A stretch of DNA of 64,000 bases, from assembly GCA_965215365.1 (NCBI GenBank), contig CBDCDS010000003.1, positions 1-64,000 on the forward strand. The letters run 5' to 3'. The position numbers and the translations under genes were made by a program. This document shows positions 22,617 to 31,042 of this stretch, one piece after another. Source of the DNA: Gammaproteobacteria bacterium. GTDB taxonomy: Bacteria; Pseudomonadota; Gammaproteobacteria; Eutrophobiales; Eutrophobiaceae. Below the pieces are notes generated by a model. It did no database searches, was not told the DNA's origin, and saw nothing but the letters and a program-made list of their open reading frames with translations. Every line of letters starts with the position of its first letter. Positions within the stretch are counted from its first letter, which is position 1.

Positions 22617-23978
22617 ATGAAGCGCATACAGTCAGCTTACCTTGAGGAATGGATAAACCGCAAGTCTAGGAAGCCGTTGATCATTCGCGGTGCTCGCCAA
22701 GTCGGCAAAACCACTCTGGTGCGGTTGCTTTGCGAAGAGACCGGTTTACGGCTCATTGAGGTAAACATGGAAGACCCCCACGAGTTTCCTTTGTTACTGC
22801 GCCAGAATGATCCACATAAGGTATTTCAGGCCATTGCACTGAGCCGGCGCATCGACAACATAGACCCCGACAAGTGTATCTTCTTCTTTGATGAAGCCCA
22901 GCATTGCCCGCAGCTGGTGCCCTTTTTACGATACTGTTTTGAGCGAGCCCCTGAATACCGCGTCATAGTGACCGGTTCGCTGCTTGAATTTACCATTGCG
23001 GCAGAAAATTATTCGTTCCCTGTCGGGAGAGTGGAATTTCTCTATCTCGGCCCGATGACGTTTGAGGAATATCTGGACGGCACAGATAACCATAACGCCG
23101 TTGAGCTGCTGCAACAGGCCAGTGTGGAAGAACCGTTCAACGAGGCCCTGCACAATACGTTTCTCAGCCACCTGCGAGACTACCTGATTGTCGGTGGCAT
23201 GCCAGAGAGCATCAATACATTTCGGGAAACTCGTTCTTGGCTGGAGGTCGAACGGGTGAAGCACACCATCACCACCACCTATCAGGCAGATTTTCACAAA
23301 TACTCCGACAAGGCCGATATACACCTGCTGAACCAGTTGGTCGCGACAATCCCCCTTGAGTTGGGGAAAAAGGCCATCTATGCCAGACTGGCTCGGGGAA
23401 AGCGCAGCGAGCAGGTCCGGGAAGCGCTTGATTTACTCGAACTGGCAAAGGTGGTACAGCGTTGTTATCACAGTTCGGCAGGCGGTTTGCCGCTGGCCGC
23501 TCAGCAAAAAAACAAGCATTTCAAACTGCTGTTCCTAGATGTGGGGCTGATCCAGTCCATGCTGGGCATTTCTCCGGCGGTGGTTGAATCTACCCGGGAG
23601 GTTAATGAAATAGCAAAAGGCAGTCTGGCGGAACAATTTATTGGTCAGCACCTGCTGTATGATCGTCCCATGTACGAGGCCCCGACTATCCACTACTGGG
23701 AGCGGGAGGTAAAACACAGCACCGCTGAGGTTGACTATCTGGTTCCGCTGCAGGGCCAGGTATTACCGATAGAAGTGAAAAGCGGACACAAAGGACACAT
23801 GAAATCGTTGCAACAGTTTCTCACGGAAAAAAATTACAACCGTGCCCTCAGGTTTTCATCAGGTCCGTTACTACTCAAAAATTACGACCACACCAACGCC
23901 CCCAACTTTCGTTTCCTGAACGTTCCGCATTATCTGGTCGGCCAGTGGTCGCGCCTCGCCCGGGTGCTGGTCGAGTAA
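22617..23978 (+). CDS. AAA ATPase with DUF4143
   Basis: GARQVGKT, FFDEAQ, VTGS, VGGMPE, LFLDVGL, EVDY...PIEVKSG. Confidence 0.9.
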   Translation: MKRIQSAYLEEWINRKSRKPLIIRGARQVGKTTLVRLLCEETGLRLIEVNMEDPHEFPLLLRQNDPHKVFQAIALSRRIDNIDPDKCIFFFDEAQHCPQLVPFLRYCFERAPEYRVIVTGSLLEFTIAAENYSFPVGRVEFLYLGPMTFEEYLDGTDNHNAVELLQQASVEEPFNEALHNTFLSHLRDYLIVGGMPESINTFRETRSWLEVERVKHTITTTYQADFHKYSDKADIHLLNQLVATIPLELGKKAIYARLARGKRSEQVREALDLLELAKVVQRCYHSSAGGLPLAAQQKNKHFKLLFLDVGLIQSMLGISPAVVESTREVNEIAKGSLAEQFIGQHLLYDRPMYEAPTIHYWEREVKHSTAEVDYLVPLQGQVLPIEVKSGHKGHMKSLQQFLTEKNYNRALRFSSGPLLLKNYDHTNAPNFRFLNVPHYLVGQWSRLARVLVE

Positions 23979-24110
23979 TGAATAATTCAAAAGATAGGGG
24001 ACACATTCGGTCTGCGATCCAAGATGAACTGCAAGCGATGATCGATTTATTACCAAGCCTACGCACCGGCGAGGCTATTATTTCAGGTGAAGGTGTTAGA
24101 ATTCCATCTC
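23978..24110 (+). pseudogene. C-terminal remnant of a HerA/DUF87-like ATPase
   Basis: DRGHIRSAIQDELQAMIDLLPSLRTGEAIISGEGVRIP, cut by a MITE. Confidence 0.55.
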
Positions 24111-24242
24111 ACAGGCAGAACCAAGACCAGCGAGGGCGCATCAAGCGCAGTGTGTTATGTGGAAAGAGCAGCAGTATGATCATCACTTATTGAGAACCAT
24201 CATGTTTCATAAGACGACAAGCGACTGGGTGAGATATGCGGG
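24111..24242. mobile_element. MITE type 1, right half
   Basis: Matches 18464-18594 and ends GAGATATGCGGG|TTAG. Confidence 0.85.
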
Positions 24243-25792
24243 TTAGTAAGCGTTTACAGGAAACATGGCCGAGACTGCAAGGAAAAAAACCGCAGCTGCC
24301 GCACTTTCTTGACGAGATGCGCCTGTCCGGTATCCGGGGTATTGATGACTTGCGAGTGGTATTCGATTACCCGGTAAGCGTTATCGCCGGTGGTAACGCC
24401 AGTGGCAAATCTACGACGCTGTTTGCCGCCGCGTGCGCCTACAAGGTACCTGATGCAGGGGTAAAAGACTTTGTTCCATCAACTCTTTTCCCGGATTACC
24501 GCCCCAAAAGCGGCGCTCGCCAAGATGCAACACAAACAATCAGCATTGAGTTTGACTACTCTACACCCGAGGGACGGCGTTCAATGCGGTGGCGCCGGAA
24601 CAAAGGTTGGAACCGCAGTTTTTTTGGCCGCAGGGGAGGTAAACAACCGGAACGTCCGGTATACCTGCGAACCTTAACCAATCTTAGTAATCCCTCCGAA
24701 GTCCGTGGTGTGCTCAGGATGTCCCGCGCCAATATTCCGCCGAACGAGACACCCCTGACAGCATCCCAAATCAATTTCGCGCAGAAGATGCTGCCCTTCA
24801 ATTATGCCGAAGTGATCAATTTATCCAGCGGCAAAAAAAATCTGTTGTTCGCTGAGCATAAACACGGTGCAGCCTACTCTGAACTGCACATGGCAGCAGG
24901 GGAACGTGCAATTCTGCGCCTCTCACATGAGCTCGCACAGCTTCATGGCGGCCTCGTGCTGATTGATGAGCTGGAAGCCGGCCTTCACCCCTGGGTACAG
25001 CAACTTCTTATGTTGCAGTTGCAACAACTGGCTTTACGCAATGATTTGCAGATCATCGTCACTTCCCACAGCCCTGTGGTACTTGATTCGGTTCCCCCGA
25101 ACGGTCGTATTTTTCTGGAACGGGACGATACCGGTCGCGTAAAGCTGTTGCTGCCGTATCGGGATATCATACAGGATGCGCTTTATGGACGCTCCAACGA
25201 TACGCTCAATATCTTATGCGAAGATGATGTGGCGGAAAGTATTTTACATGGCGTTCTTGACAGCTTGCTCACCGAGCAACGGATAGCGCGCCAGTCTGTT
25301 CGCGTTGGCCGCGATACCGGCGCCTCGGAATTTCCCACCCATGCGGCAGCGTTTCGAAAGTTCGGCATGTTGGATAACTTTGTATTTGTTCTCGACGGCG
25401 ATCAAAAACAAAGTGGCATGGCCCAGAAAATACGTAATGCCACAGACGGCACAAACGTGCCGGTGTTATTCCTGCCGGGGGACTCTGCCCCGGAGGCATG
25501 GATCTGGGAACGTTTGACAAGCCGGCGCTCAGCAGCAGCCCCACAGTTGGGAATCGACCCGACAAACCTGACCACGGAAATAAACCGGATAGATGCAATT
25601 TACAGCCCGGCAGAAGACACCCAAGCTGAGATTGCCAAAACCAAACTTGACGATCTGGCCGATACGCTGGAGCGGTCTGTGCCCGAGGTTTGCCGACTGG
25701 TCGTTCGTCTGGAGATGGCGGATGAAACCAGCGAGGTCCAGACTTTGCTAGAAGATTTGAAAGATACTTTGCAGCAGTGGCGAGCTGATTGA
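24236..25792 (+). CDS. ABC-type ATPase with TOPRIM-like domain (OLD/AAA_21-like putative defence nuclease)
   Basis: GGNASGKST, HMAAGE, VLIDELEAGLHP, IVTSHS, then ILCEDD and VLDGD. Confidence 0.8.
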   Translation: MRVSKRLQETWPRLQGKKPQLPHFLDEMRLSGIRGIDDLRVVFDYPVSVIAGGNASGKSTTLFAAACAYKVPDAGVKDFVPSTLFPDYRPKSGARQDATQTISIEFDYSTPEGRRSMRWRRNKGWNRSFFGRRGGKQPERPVYLRTLTNLSNPSEVRGVLRMSRANIPPNETPLTASQINFAQKMLPFNYAEVINLSSGKKNLLFAEHKHGAAYSELHMAAGERAILRLSHELAQLHGGLVLIDELEAGLHPWVQQLLMLQLQQLALRNDLQIIVTSHSPVVLDSVPPNGRIFLERDDTGRVKLLLPYRDIIQDALYGRSNDTLNILCEDDVAESILHGVLDSLLTEQRIARQSVRVGRDTGASEFPTHAAAFRKFGMLDNFVFVLDGDQKQSGMAQKIRNATDGTNVPVLFLPGDSAPEAWIWERLTSRRSAAAPQLGIDPTNLTTEINRIDAIYSPAEDTQAEIAKTKLDDLADTLERSVPEVCRLVVRLEMADETSEVQTLLEDLKDTLQQWRAD

Positions 25793-25845
25793 GTGCTTAT
25801 GGCCATAAACCCTATCGTTTTTACTGCCCCCCTTGGCATTCTTAG

Positions 25846-25868
25846 CCTGCATATCTCACCAAGTGATG
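25846..25868. repeat. MITE type 1 left-end fragment
   Basis: TTAG|CCTGCATATCTCACCAAGTGATG. Confidence 0.7.
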
Positions 25869-25946
25869 AGGGCTAAAAATTAGAGATGGCCGGTAATGCC
25901 TGTTTCAAATCTCTATCGCGGGATTTGGGTAAATTTCACAGGCTGG

Positions 25947-26234
25947 TCAAGCCGCTCTACGAACAGATACCGATACACGCAGACCTGCCGCGTCCAACAT
26001 GTTCACCAGTCGGTCAATGCTAAACCTGTCATAGCGCCCGTTGATTACATCATTCAGGAGCGGCTGTGTCGTGTCCAATCGTTCAGCTGCTTCTGCCTGA
26101 GGCAGGCCGGTGTCCTTGACCCATTTCCTGATTGCGACCATTAATTCAGAACGCAATTTCAGGTTCTCCGCATCAGGAAGGTTCAAATCAGCGAAAATAT
26201 TGCCGCCCGAAGGCGTTGTATGGTTACTTTTCAT
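25947..26234 (-). CDS. XRE/HigA-like antitoxin
   Basis: SGGNIFADL, QAEAAERL, FSIDRLVNML. Confidence 0.88.
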   Translation of the reverse strand: MKSNHTTPSGGNIFADLNLPDAENLKLRSELMVAIRKWVKDTGLPQAEAAERLDTTQPLLNDVINGRYDRFSIDRLVNMLDAAGLRVSVSVRRAA

Positions 26235-26237
26235 GGT

Positions 26238-26406
26238 TTATCCCCGCATACGCTGCACAGCGCGAAAACGTCGTTCAGCAAGATCTAAATCTCTCTTGGA
26301 GGTGCGCTGTGTTTTCTTGTTGAAAGCCCGCATTCCGACGGGCAGGTATCGGGAAAGCACACAGGGTTTCGTAGCTATCGCCCATCCATTCGATCCGTTT
26401 TTCCAT
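26238..26406 (-). pseudogene. HigB/Gp49-like toxin with an internal deletion
   Basis: N-terminal MEKRIEWMGDSYETLCAFPIPARRNAGFQ joined out of frame to C-terminal AFNKKTQRTSKRDLDLAERRFR. Confidence 0.8.
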
Positions 26407-26446
26407 GACTTTTATTATAGCAGACTTGATATAGGGGCGCCTGACC

Positions 26447-27892
26447 CTAAAAAAACACCTGCGTGCGGAACGACAGGTAGTGCGGGTCGCCGGCACTGGT
26501 GCCCCAGTCGCAGGTGTTGGCACCGCTGTTGTCGCAGAATGTCTTGACGTAGTTCAGCCTGAAAATCATGCTGTTGTTGATGTACCAGTTCAGCGCCGCG
26601 CTGAAAACCTCGCCACGGTCGGCGCCGATACCGGCGCCAAGGTCGGTGGAACTGTAGCGCAGGCCCAGTTCCCAAGCACCCCAGCCGCCGTTGCCGACCG
26701 GGCTGTTTACCTTGACGCCGCTGAACTTGCCATTTTTATAGCCGCGGCTCTCACCGGTAAGAAAATAACTGCCTTGCACGTAAAACCCTTCCATATCCGT
26801 TGCGCCCAGCGCAGTCGTGCCGCCAAAATCGCCGTAATAGTATTCTGCACTGGCCGCGAACGGGCCCCAGATGCCAGCCGTCTCCAGGTTCATGCTCCAG
26901 TAGTCATCCGCAGTGATGGCCTGATCGGAATCTACGATCCGAGCCCCTTCAGACACAGATGGGCGCACTCGGAAGCGATTCACGGTCTTGTTGGGATAAT
27001 GCTTATAGCCGAGCCCGGCGCCGATGTGTAGCAGTTGGTTGTCCGACTGGTGGAGCGGCAACCAGGTGGCTTGCCCCATGAAGCCCCAGCCGTCGTCGAG
27101 CTTGCGTTCGGTGATGGAGTCCGTCTCGCTTTCAGAGCGCTGGCGCATCAGGTAAAAGCCACTGCTGAAGGTACGAGACTTGCCGGCGTGTTCCAGGATG
27201 ATACCGGGGGCGCGGCCGCCGATGCCGAGAGCTTCCGAGGCAAACAGGTTGGTCGGCACGGCGCGCTCTAAGAAGGTGATATACTTGGAACTGGTGCGCG
27301 AGCCTAACGAGAACGACGTTCTGCGCTGGCCGATCATGATGGTTGCCGGACCCCAGCCCCGGTATCTGAGGTAGTTGTCTTCAATGGCCATGCCACCATC
27401 GTCGGCGTCCTCAAAGTCAAACTGGATCTTCCAGTCCCAGTGTTCCCAGGCGGTGCCGGACAGAAACATGCGCGCCCGGCGGAATTGGTATTCACTGCTG
27501 CCCACATGACCGGCGCCGTCGTTACCCACCAGTGTGATGTCATGCTCGGCGCGCCCGCCGATGCGAAATTTATGGGCCTCGGTCTTGAATTCCAGTTTTC
27601 CCTTTGTGGTAATTTCAGGTGACGGTTTGACAGCTGCAACGACTTGCGGGGCGGGCGCGGTGGCTGTCTGCACAGGCGTCTCTGCGGCACTTGACGGCGC
27701 AGGTTTGTCCGTCTCTGCCAGGACTGTGTCCCTGAGCAGTTCGAATTCCTGCTGGGTGATGCTGCCCTTGTCCTTGAGAATCTTCAGCAGTTCCAGCAAC
27801 GCGCCGTTGGCTGTATGAGCCGGCACATTCATCACTGACAGGCTGCCCGTAAGCAGCGCCGTGCATAGAAACTTGTAGCTTGCTTTATACAT
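26447..27892 (-). CDS. Phosphate-selective porin, OprO/OprP family
   Basis: Signal peptide, FRRARM, TSSKYITFLERA, GFYVQGSYFLTGE, GAWELGLRYS, ALNWY, terminal Phe. Confidence 0.9.
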   Translation of the reverse strand: MYKASYKFLCTALLTGSLSVMNVPAHTANGALLELLKILKDKGSITQQEFELLRDTVLAETDKPAPSSAAETPVQTATAPAPQVVAAVKPSPEITTKGKLEFKTEAHKFRIGGRAEHDITLVGNDGAGHVGSSEYQFRRARMFLSGTAWEHWDWKIQFDFEDADDGGMAIEDNYLRYRGWGPATIMIGQRRTSFSLGSRTSSKYITFLERAVPTNLFASEALGIGGRAPGIILEHAGKSRTFSSGFYLMRQRSESETDSITERKLDDGWGFMGQATWLPLHQSDNQLLHIGAGLGYKHYPNKTVNRFRVRPSVSEGARIVDSDQAITADDYWSMNLETAGIWGPFAASAEYYYGDFGGTTALGATDMEGFYVQGSYFLTGESRGYKNGKFSGVKVNSPVGNGGWGAWELGLRYSSTDLGAGIGADRGEVFSAALNWYINNSMIFRLNYVKTFCDNSGANTCDWGTSAGDPHYLSFRTQVFF

Positions 27893-27972
27893 ATTTGTTC
27901 TCCTCTGGAACCATAGCAACGGTACTGCCGGTTTTCCGGCAATTCCAAACGTGGGTTTGCAGACTACACGGG

Positions 27973-28016
27973 ATAAATGACAGGAATATTAATTCCGAAT
28001 GACCTTCCTGTTACAA
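27973..28016 (-). promoter_or_regulatory. Pho box array (4 x 11 bp) upstream of the porin
   Basis: Minus strand TTGTAACAGGA-AGGTCATTCGG-AATTAATATTC-CTGTCATTTAT. Confidence 0.7.
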
Positions 28017-28025
28017 CAAGACTAG

Positions 28026-28081
28026 CCCGCAGGCAGAACCAATCCGGCGCGATCTTCGCATCACTGGGTGAGATATGCGGG
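28026..28081. mobile_element. MITE type 1 mini-derivative (56 bp)
   Basis: CTAG|CCCGCAGGCAG...GAGATATGCGGG|CTAG; corresponds to the reverse complement of the first ~56 bp of the full copy. Confidence 0.85.
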
Positions 28082-28112
28082 CTAGTAGCGCTTAGGCCTG
28101 GCGCCGGCCGGG

Positions 28113-28925
28113 TCAAAACCCCCGGTTTTCCTTGATGCGCTCATACGCCTGGCGGATTTCGTGGGTGCGTTGGGCGGCTATTTTCATCATCTCTTCGGGC
28201 AGCCCTTTAGCGACCAGTTTATCCGGATGATGCTGGCTCAGCAAGCGCCGGTAGGCCTTCTTGACCTCGGCGTCGTTAGCGTCTGCCGGGACGTTTAATA
28301 CGGTATAGGCATCGTCCAGTGACAGGCGACCGTCCTTGCCATGACGATGATGCAACTCTGCGGAAACCGCCGCCAGGATCGATTCCAGCTCAGCACCGGG
28401 GAAACCGATTTCAGCGCAAACCAGACCCAGCAGGCGTTGTTCGGCCGGGTGCAGCGTGCCGTCGGCGTAAGCGGCAAAACAGAGTATCTCGATGAACATG
28501 CGCTGCAAGGTGGAGCGGCGACCAACCTCGCGGCGGAACTGGGTGAGTACCGCGTGGATGTCGAACCCGTCTTCCTTGCCTTCATTGAACAGGGCTTTGG
28601 CGGCGGCGCGTTGCTGGGGGGACAGCTCCATGTCCTGCATGACGCGGGTCGCCATGCGGATCTCGTCCCGGGTAACCCTGCCGTCGGCCTTGCTGAGCTG
28701 GCCCATGGTCGAGAATACTGCGGTAAAAAAGGCGGCCTGCACGCGGAACTGGTGGCCGCGCGGCAGGCCGCCCTGCGCGCCGGCGCCAGCGCGCTGGCCC
28801 TGTTCAAATTTCCCACCCAGGCCGCGGTCGAAATTACGGCCCACCACCGCGCCCAGCGCGGCGCCGATGGGTCCGCCCAGCATGAAACCGAAGGCGCCGC
28901 CGGCCAGCGTTCCCCACCATGACAT
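28113..28925 (-). CDS. djlA: Co-chaperone DjlA
   Basis: Gly-rich N-terminal anchor, TerB-like KADGRVT, J-domain HHPDKL. Confidence 0.95.
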   Translation of the reverse strand: MSWWGTLAGGAFGFMLGGPIGAALGAVVGRNFDRGLGGKFEQGQRAGAGAQGGLPRGHQFRVQAAFFTAVFSTMGQLSKADGRVTRDEIRMATRVMQDMELSPQQRAAAKALFNEGKEDGFDIHAVLTQFRREVGRRSTLQRMFIEILCFAAYADGTLHPAEQRLLGLVCAEIGFPGAELESILAAVSAELHHRHGKDGRLSLDDAYTVLNVPADANDAEVKKAYRRLLSQHHPDKLVAKGLPEEMMKIAAQRTHEIRQAYERIKENRGF

Positions 28926-29458
28926 CAGGCGCCGCTCCTGTTCGTGTCCACCACGTCTGCCGGTCTTATCAGATGCAGCAGTTCACCTGCCGCCGCCTTG
29001 CTCATCGAGCCGGAGTCGGCAAAACCGAGTACCGCCAGCGTCGCGGTAGTCATAAGTTTTCCGGTCTCCGTCAAGGGTGGGGGAGTCCTGCTCAGGCAAC
29101 GTAATAATTCATTCATGCCGGGGTTATGGCCGGTGAGCATGAGCTTGTTGCAATCCCGGCTGTATTCTTCCACCAACCCCAGCAACGCGCACAGGGATGC
29201 GCCATACAGGGCATCTTCATATACAATACGCGTGACGCCCAGTTTGTCATTGACTGCCGCCAGGGTTGCCCTGGTACGGGCGGCCGGTGAGCAGACGCTG
29301 AGGTCCGGGATAACGCCGTTGCGCTGCATCCAGTAGCCGATGCGCGGCGCGTCTTTGCGACCACGCGGCGCCAACGGACGCGCAAAGTCCGCGGCAACGC
29401 CACTGTGCCAGTCAGATTTGGCATGTCGGAGCAGGATCAACTGAGCTTTATTCACCAT
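28925..29458 (-). CDS. sixA: SixA-like histidine phosphatase
   Basis: LILLRHAKSDW, SPAARTRAT, GHNPG; start trimmed to MVNKAQL. Confidence 0.88.
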   Translation of the reverse strand: MVNKAQLILLRHAKSDWHSGVAADFARPLAPRGRKDAPRIGYWMQRNGVIPDLSVCSPAARTRATLAAVNDKLGVTRIVYEDALYGASLCALLGLVEEYSRDCNKLMLTGHNPGMNELLRCLSRTPPPLTETGKLMTTATLAVLGFADSGSMSKAAAGELLHLIRPADVVDTNRSGA

Positions 29459-29521
29459 CAAAGTGGACAGGTCCAGAGTAACAAGCCGTATTTCAACATA
29501 AAGTCCTTCGGATTGTACAAC

Positions 29522-31015
29522 ATGAGCTCCCCTCTGAGTGAAACTTTTGCCGCGGTTGACCTGGGCTCCAACAGCTTCCACCTGGTCGTCGCCAAACTGG
29601 AAGACGGTCAGGTGCGTGTCATCGACCGTCTCAAGGACATGGTGCGCATCGCCTCCGGACTGGACTGCGACAACAATCTCACCGAAGAGGCGACGACACA
29701 GGCGCTGGAGTCCCTGCGCCAGTTCGGGCAACGCATCCGGGAAATACCCCGGACTAATGTGAAAGCGGTGGGCACCAATACCCTGCGTCTGGCGCACAAC
29801 GGCAATGAGTTTATCCGGCAGGCGCGCGCCGCTCTAGGCCATAATATCGACATCATCTCGGGCCGGGAGGAGGCGCGGCTGGTCTTTCTCGGGGTTGCCC
29901 ATAGCGTCTATAACCACGATGGCTCCAGCCTGGTGATCGATATCGGCGGCGGCAGCACCGAACTGGTCATCGGTAAGGGCTTTCAGCCGCATCTGGCCGA
30001 AAGCCTGTATATGGGCTGCGTCAACATCAGCCAGCGTTTCTTTGCCGATGGCAATATCACCGGCAAGCGCCTGCACAAGGCCATACTGTTTGCGCGCACA
30101 GAACTGGAAACCATCGTCGCCGAATACCGCCGCCGCGGTTGGGATACTGTGCTCGGTTCTTCGGGGACGATGCGCGCCATCGCCGATGTGGTCCTGGCCC
30201 AAGGCTGGAGCGAAGTCGGGATAACCCGCGCCGCCGTCGAGCACCTGAGCCAGCAGTTGATTGCGGCCGGCCACCATGACAACCTGTGCCTGACAGGGCT
30301 GTCCGAGCGCAGGAAACCGGTGTTTGCCGGCGGCGTTGCCATCCTCAGCGCGATCATGGCAGCGCTGGACTTGGACCAGCTGCAGGTCACCGACGGTGCC
30401 TTGCGCGAGGGCCTCATTTATGAGCTGATCGGCCGGCGCCAAAACCAGGATATACGCAAATCCACCGTCACCGACATAGCGCTGCGCTATAACGTCGACC
30501 AGGAACAGGCCGACAAGGTCGCCGCCAGCGCGGCAGACCTGTTTGAGCAGGTGCACAAGCGCTGGCGTTTTGACGACAGCGACCGGGATACCTTGCTGTG
30601 GGCGGCGCAACTGCATGAAATCGGCCTGGCTATCGCCCATGCCCAATATCACCGCCATGGTGCCTACCTGCTGTCCTACTCCGACATGCCGGGTTTCTCC
30701 CGCCAGGAACAGCAGCACCTGTCCCTGCTGGTGCGCGCCCACAGACGGAAATTCCCGTTGCTGGAATTTACTCAGGCAACCCCGGAGAACCCGCGCAAAC
30801 TACAGCATCTCGCCATCCTGCTGAGGCTGTCCTGCGTGCTCAACAGGAGCCGTTCCTACAGTGCCCCGCCGGACCTCAAGGCCAGCGCCAATGCCGACAC
30901 CCTGTCACTGAAATTCCTCAAAGGCTGGCTCGACAACCACGCTCTCACCCGCGCCGACCTGGAGACCGAGGCGCTGTATCTGGAAGCAATTGAGTTCAGC
31001 TTGAAATTCGGTTGA
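29522..31015 (+). CDS. ppx: Exopolyphosphatase
   Basis: AAVDLGSNSFH, DIGGGSTE, GALREG, LHEIG. Confidence 0.95.
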   Translation: MSSPLSETFAAVDLGSNSFHLVVAKLEDGQVRVIDRLKDMVRIASGLDCDNNLTEEATTQALESLRQFGQRIREIPRTNVKAVGTNTLRLAHNGNEFIRQARAALGHNIDIISGREEARLVFLGVAHSVYNHDGSSLVIDIGGGSTELVIGKGFQPHLAESLYMGCVNISQRFFADGNITGKRLHKAILFARTELETIVAEYRRRGWDTVLGSSGTMRAIADVVLAQGWSEVGITRAAVEHLSQQLIAAGHHDNLCLTGLSERRKPVFAGGVAILSAIMAALDLDQLQVTDGALREGLIYELIGRRQNQDIRKSTVTDIALRYNVDQEQADKVAASAADLFEQVHKRWRFDDSDRDTLLWAAQLHEIGLAIAHAQYHRHGAYLLSYSDMPGFSRQEQQHLSLLVRAHRRKFPLLEFTQATPENPRKLQHLAILLRLSCVLNRSRSYSAPPDLKASANADTLSLKFLKGWLDNHALTRADLETEALYLEAIEFSLKFG

Positions 31016-31042
31016 TCATGCCGGGGTCAACGGACGCTTGCC

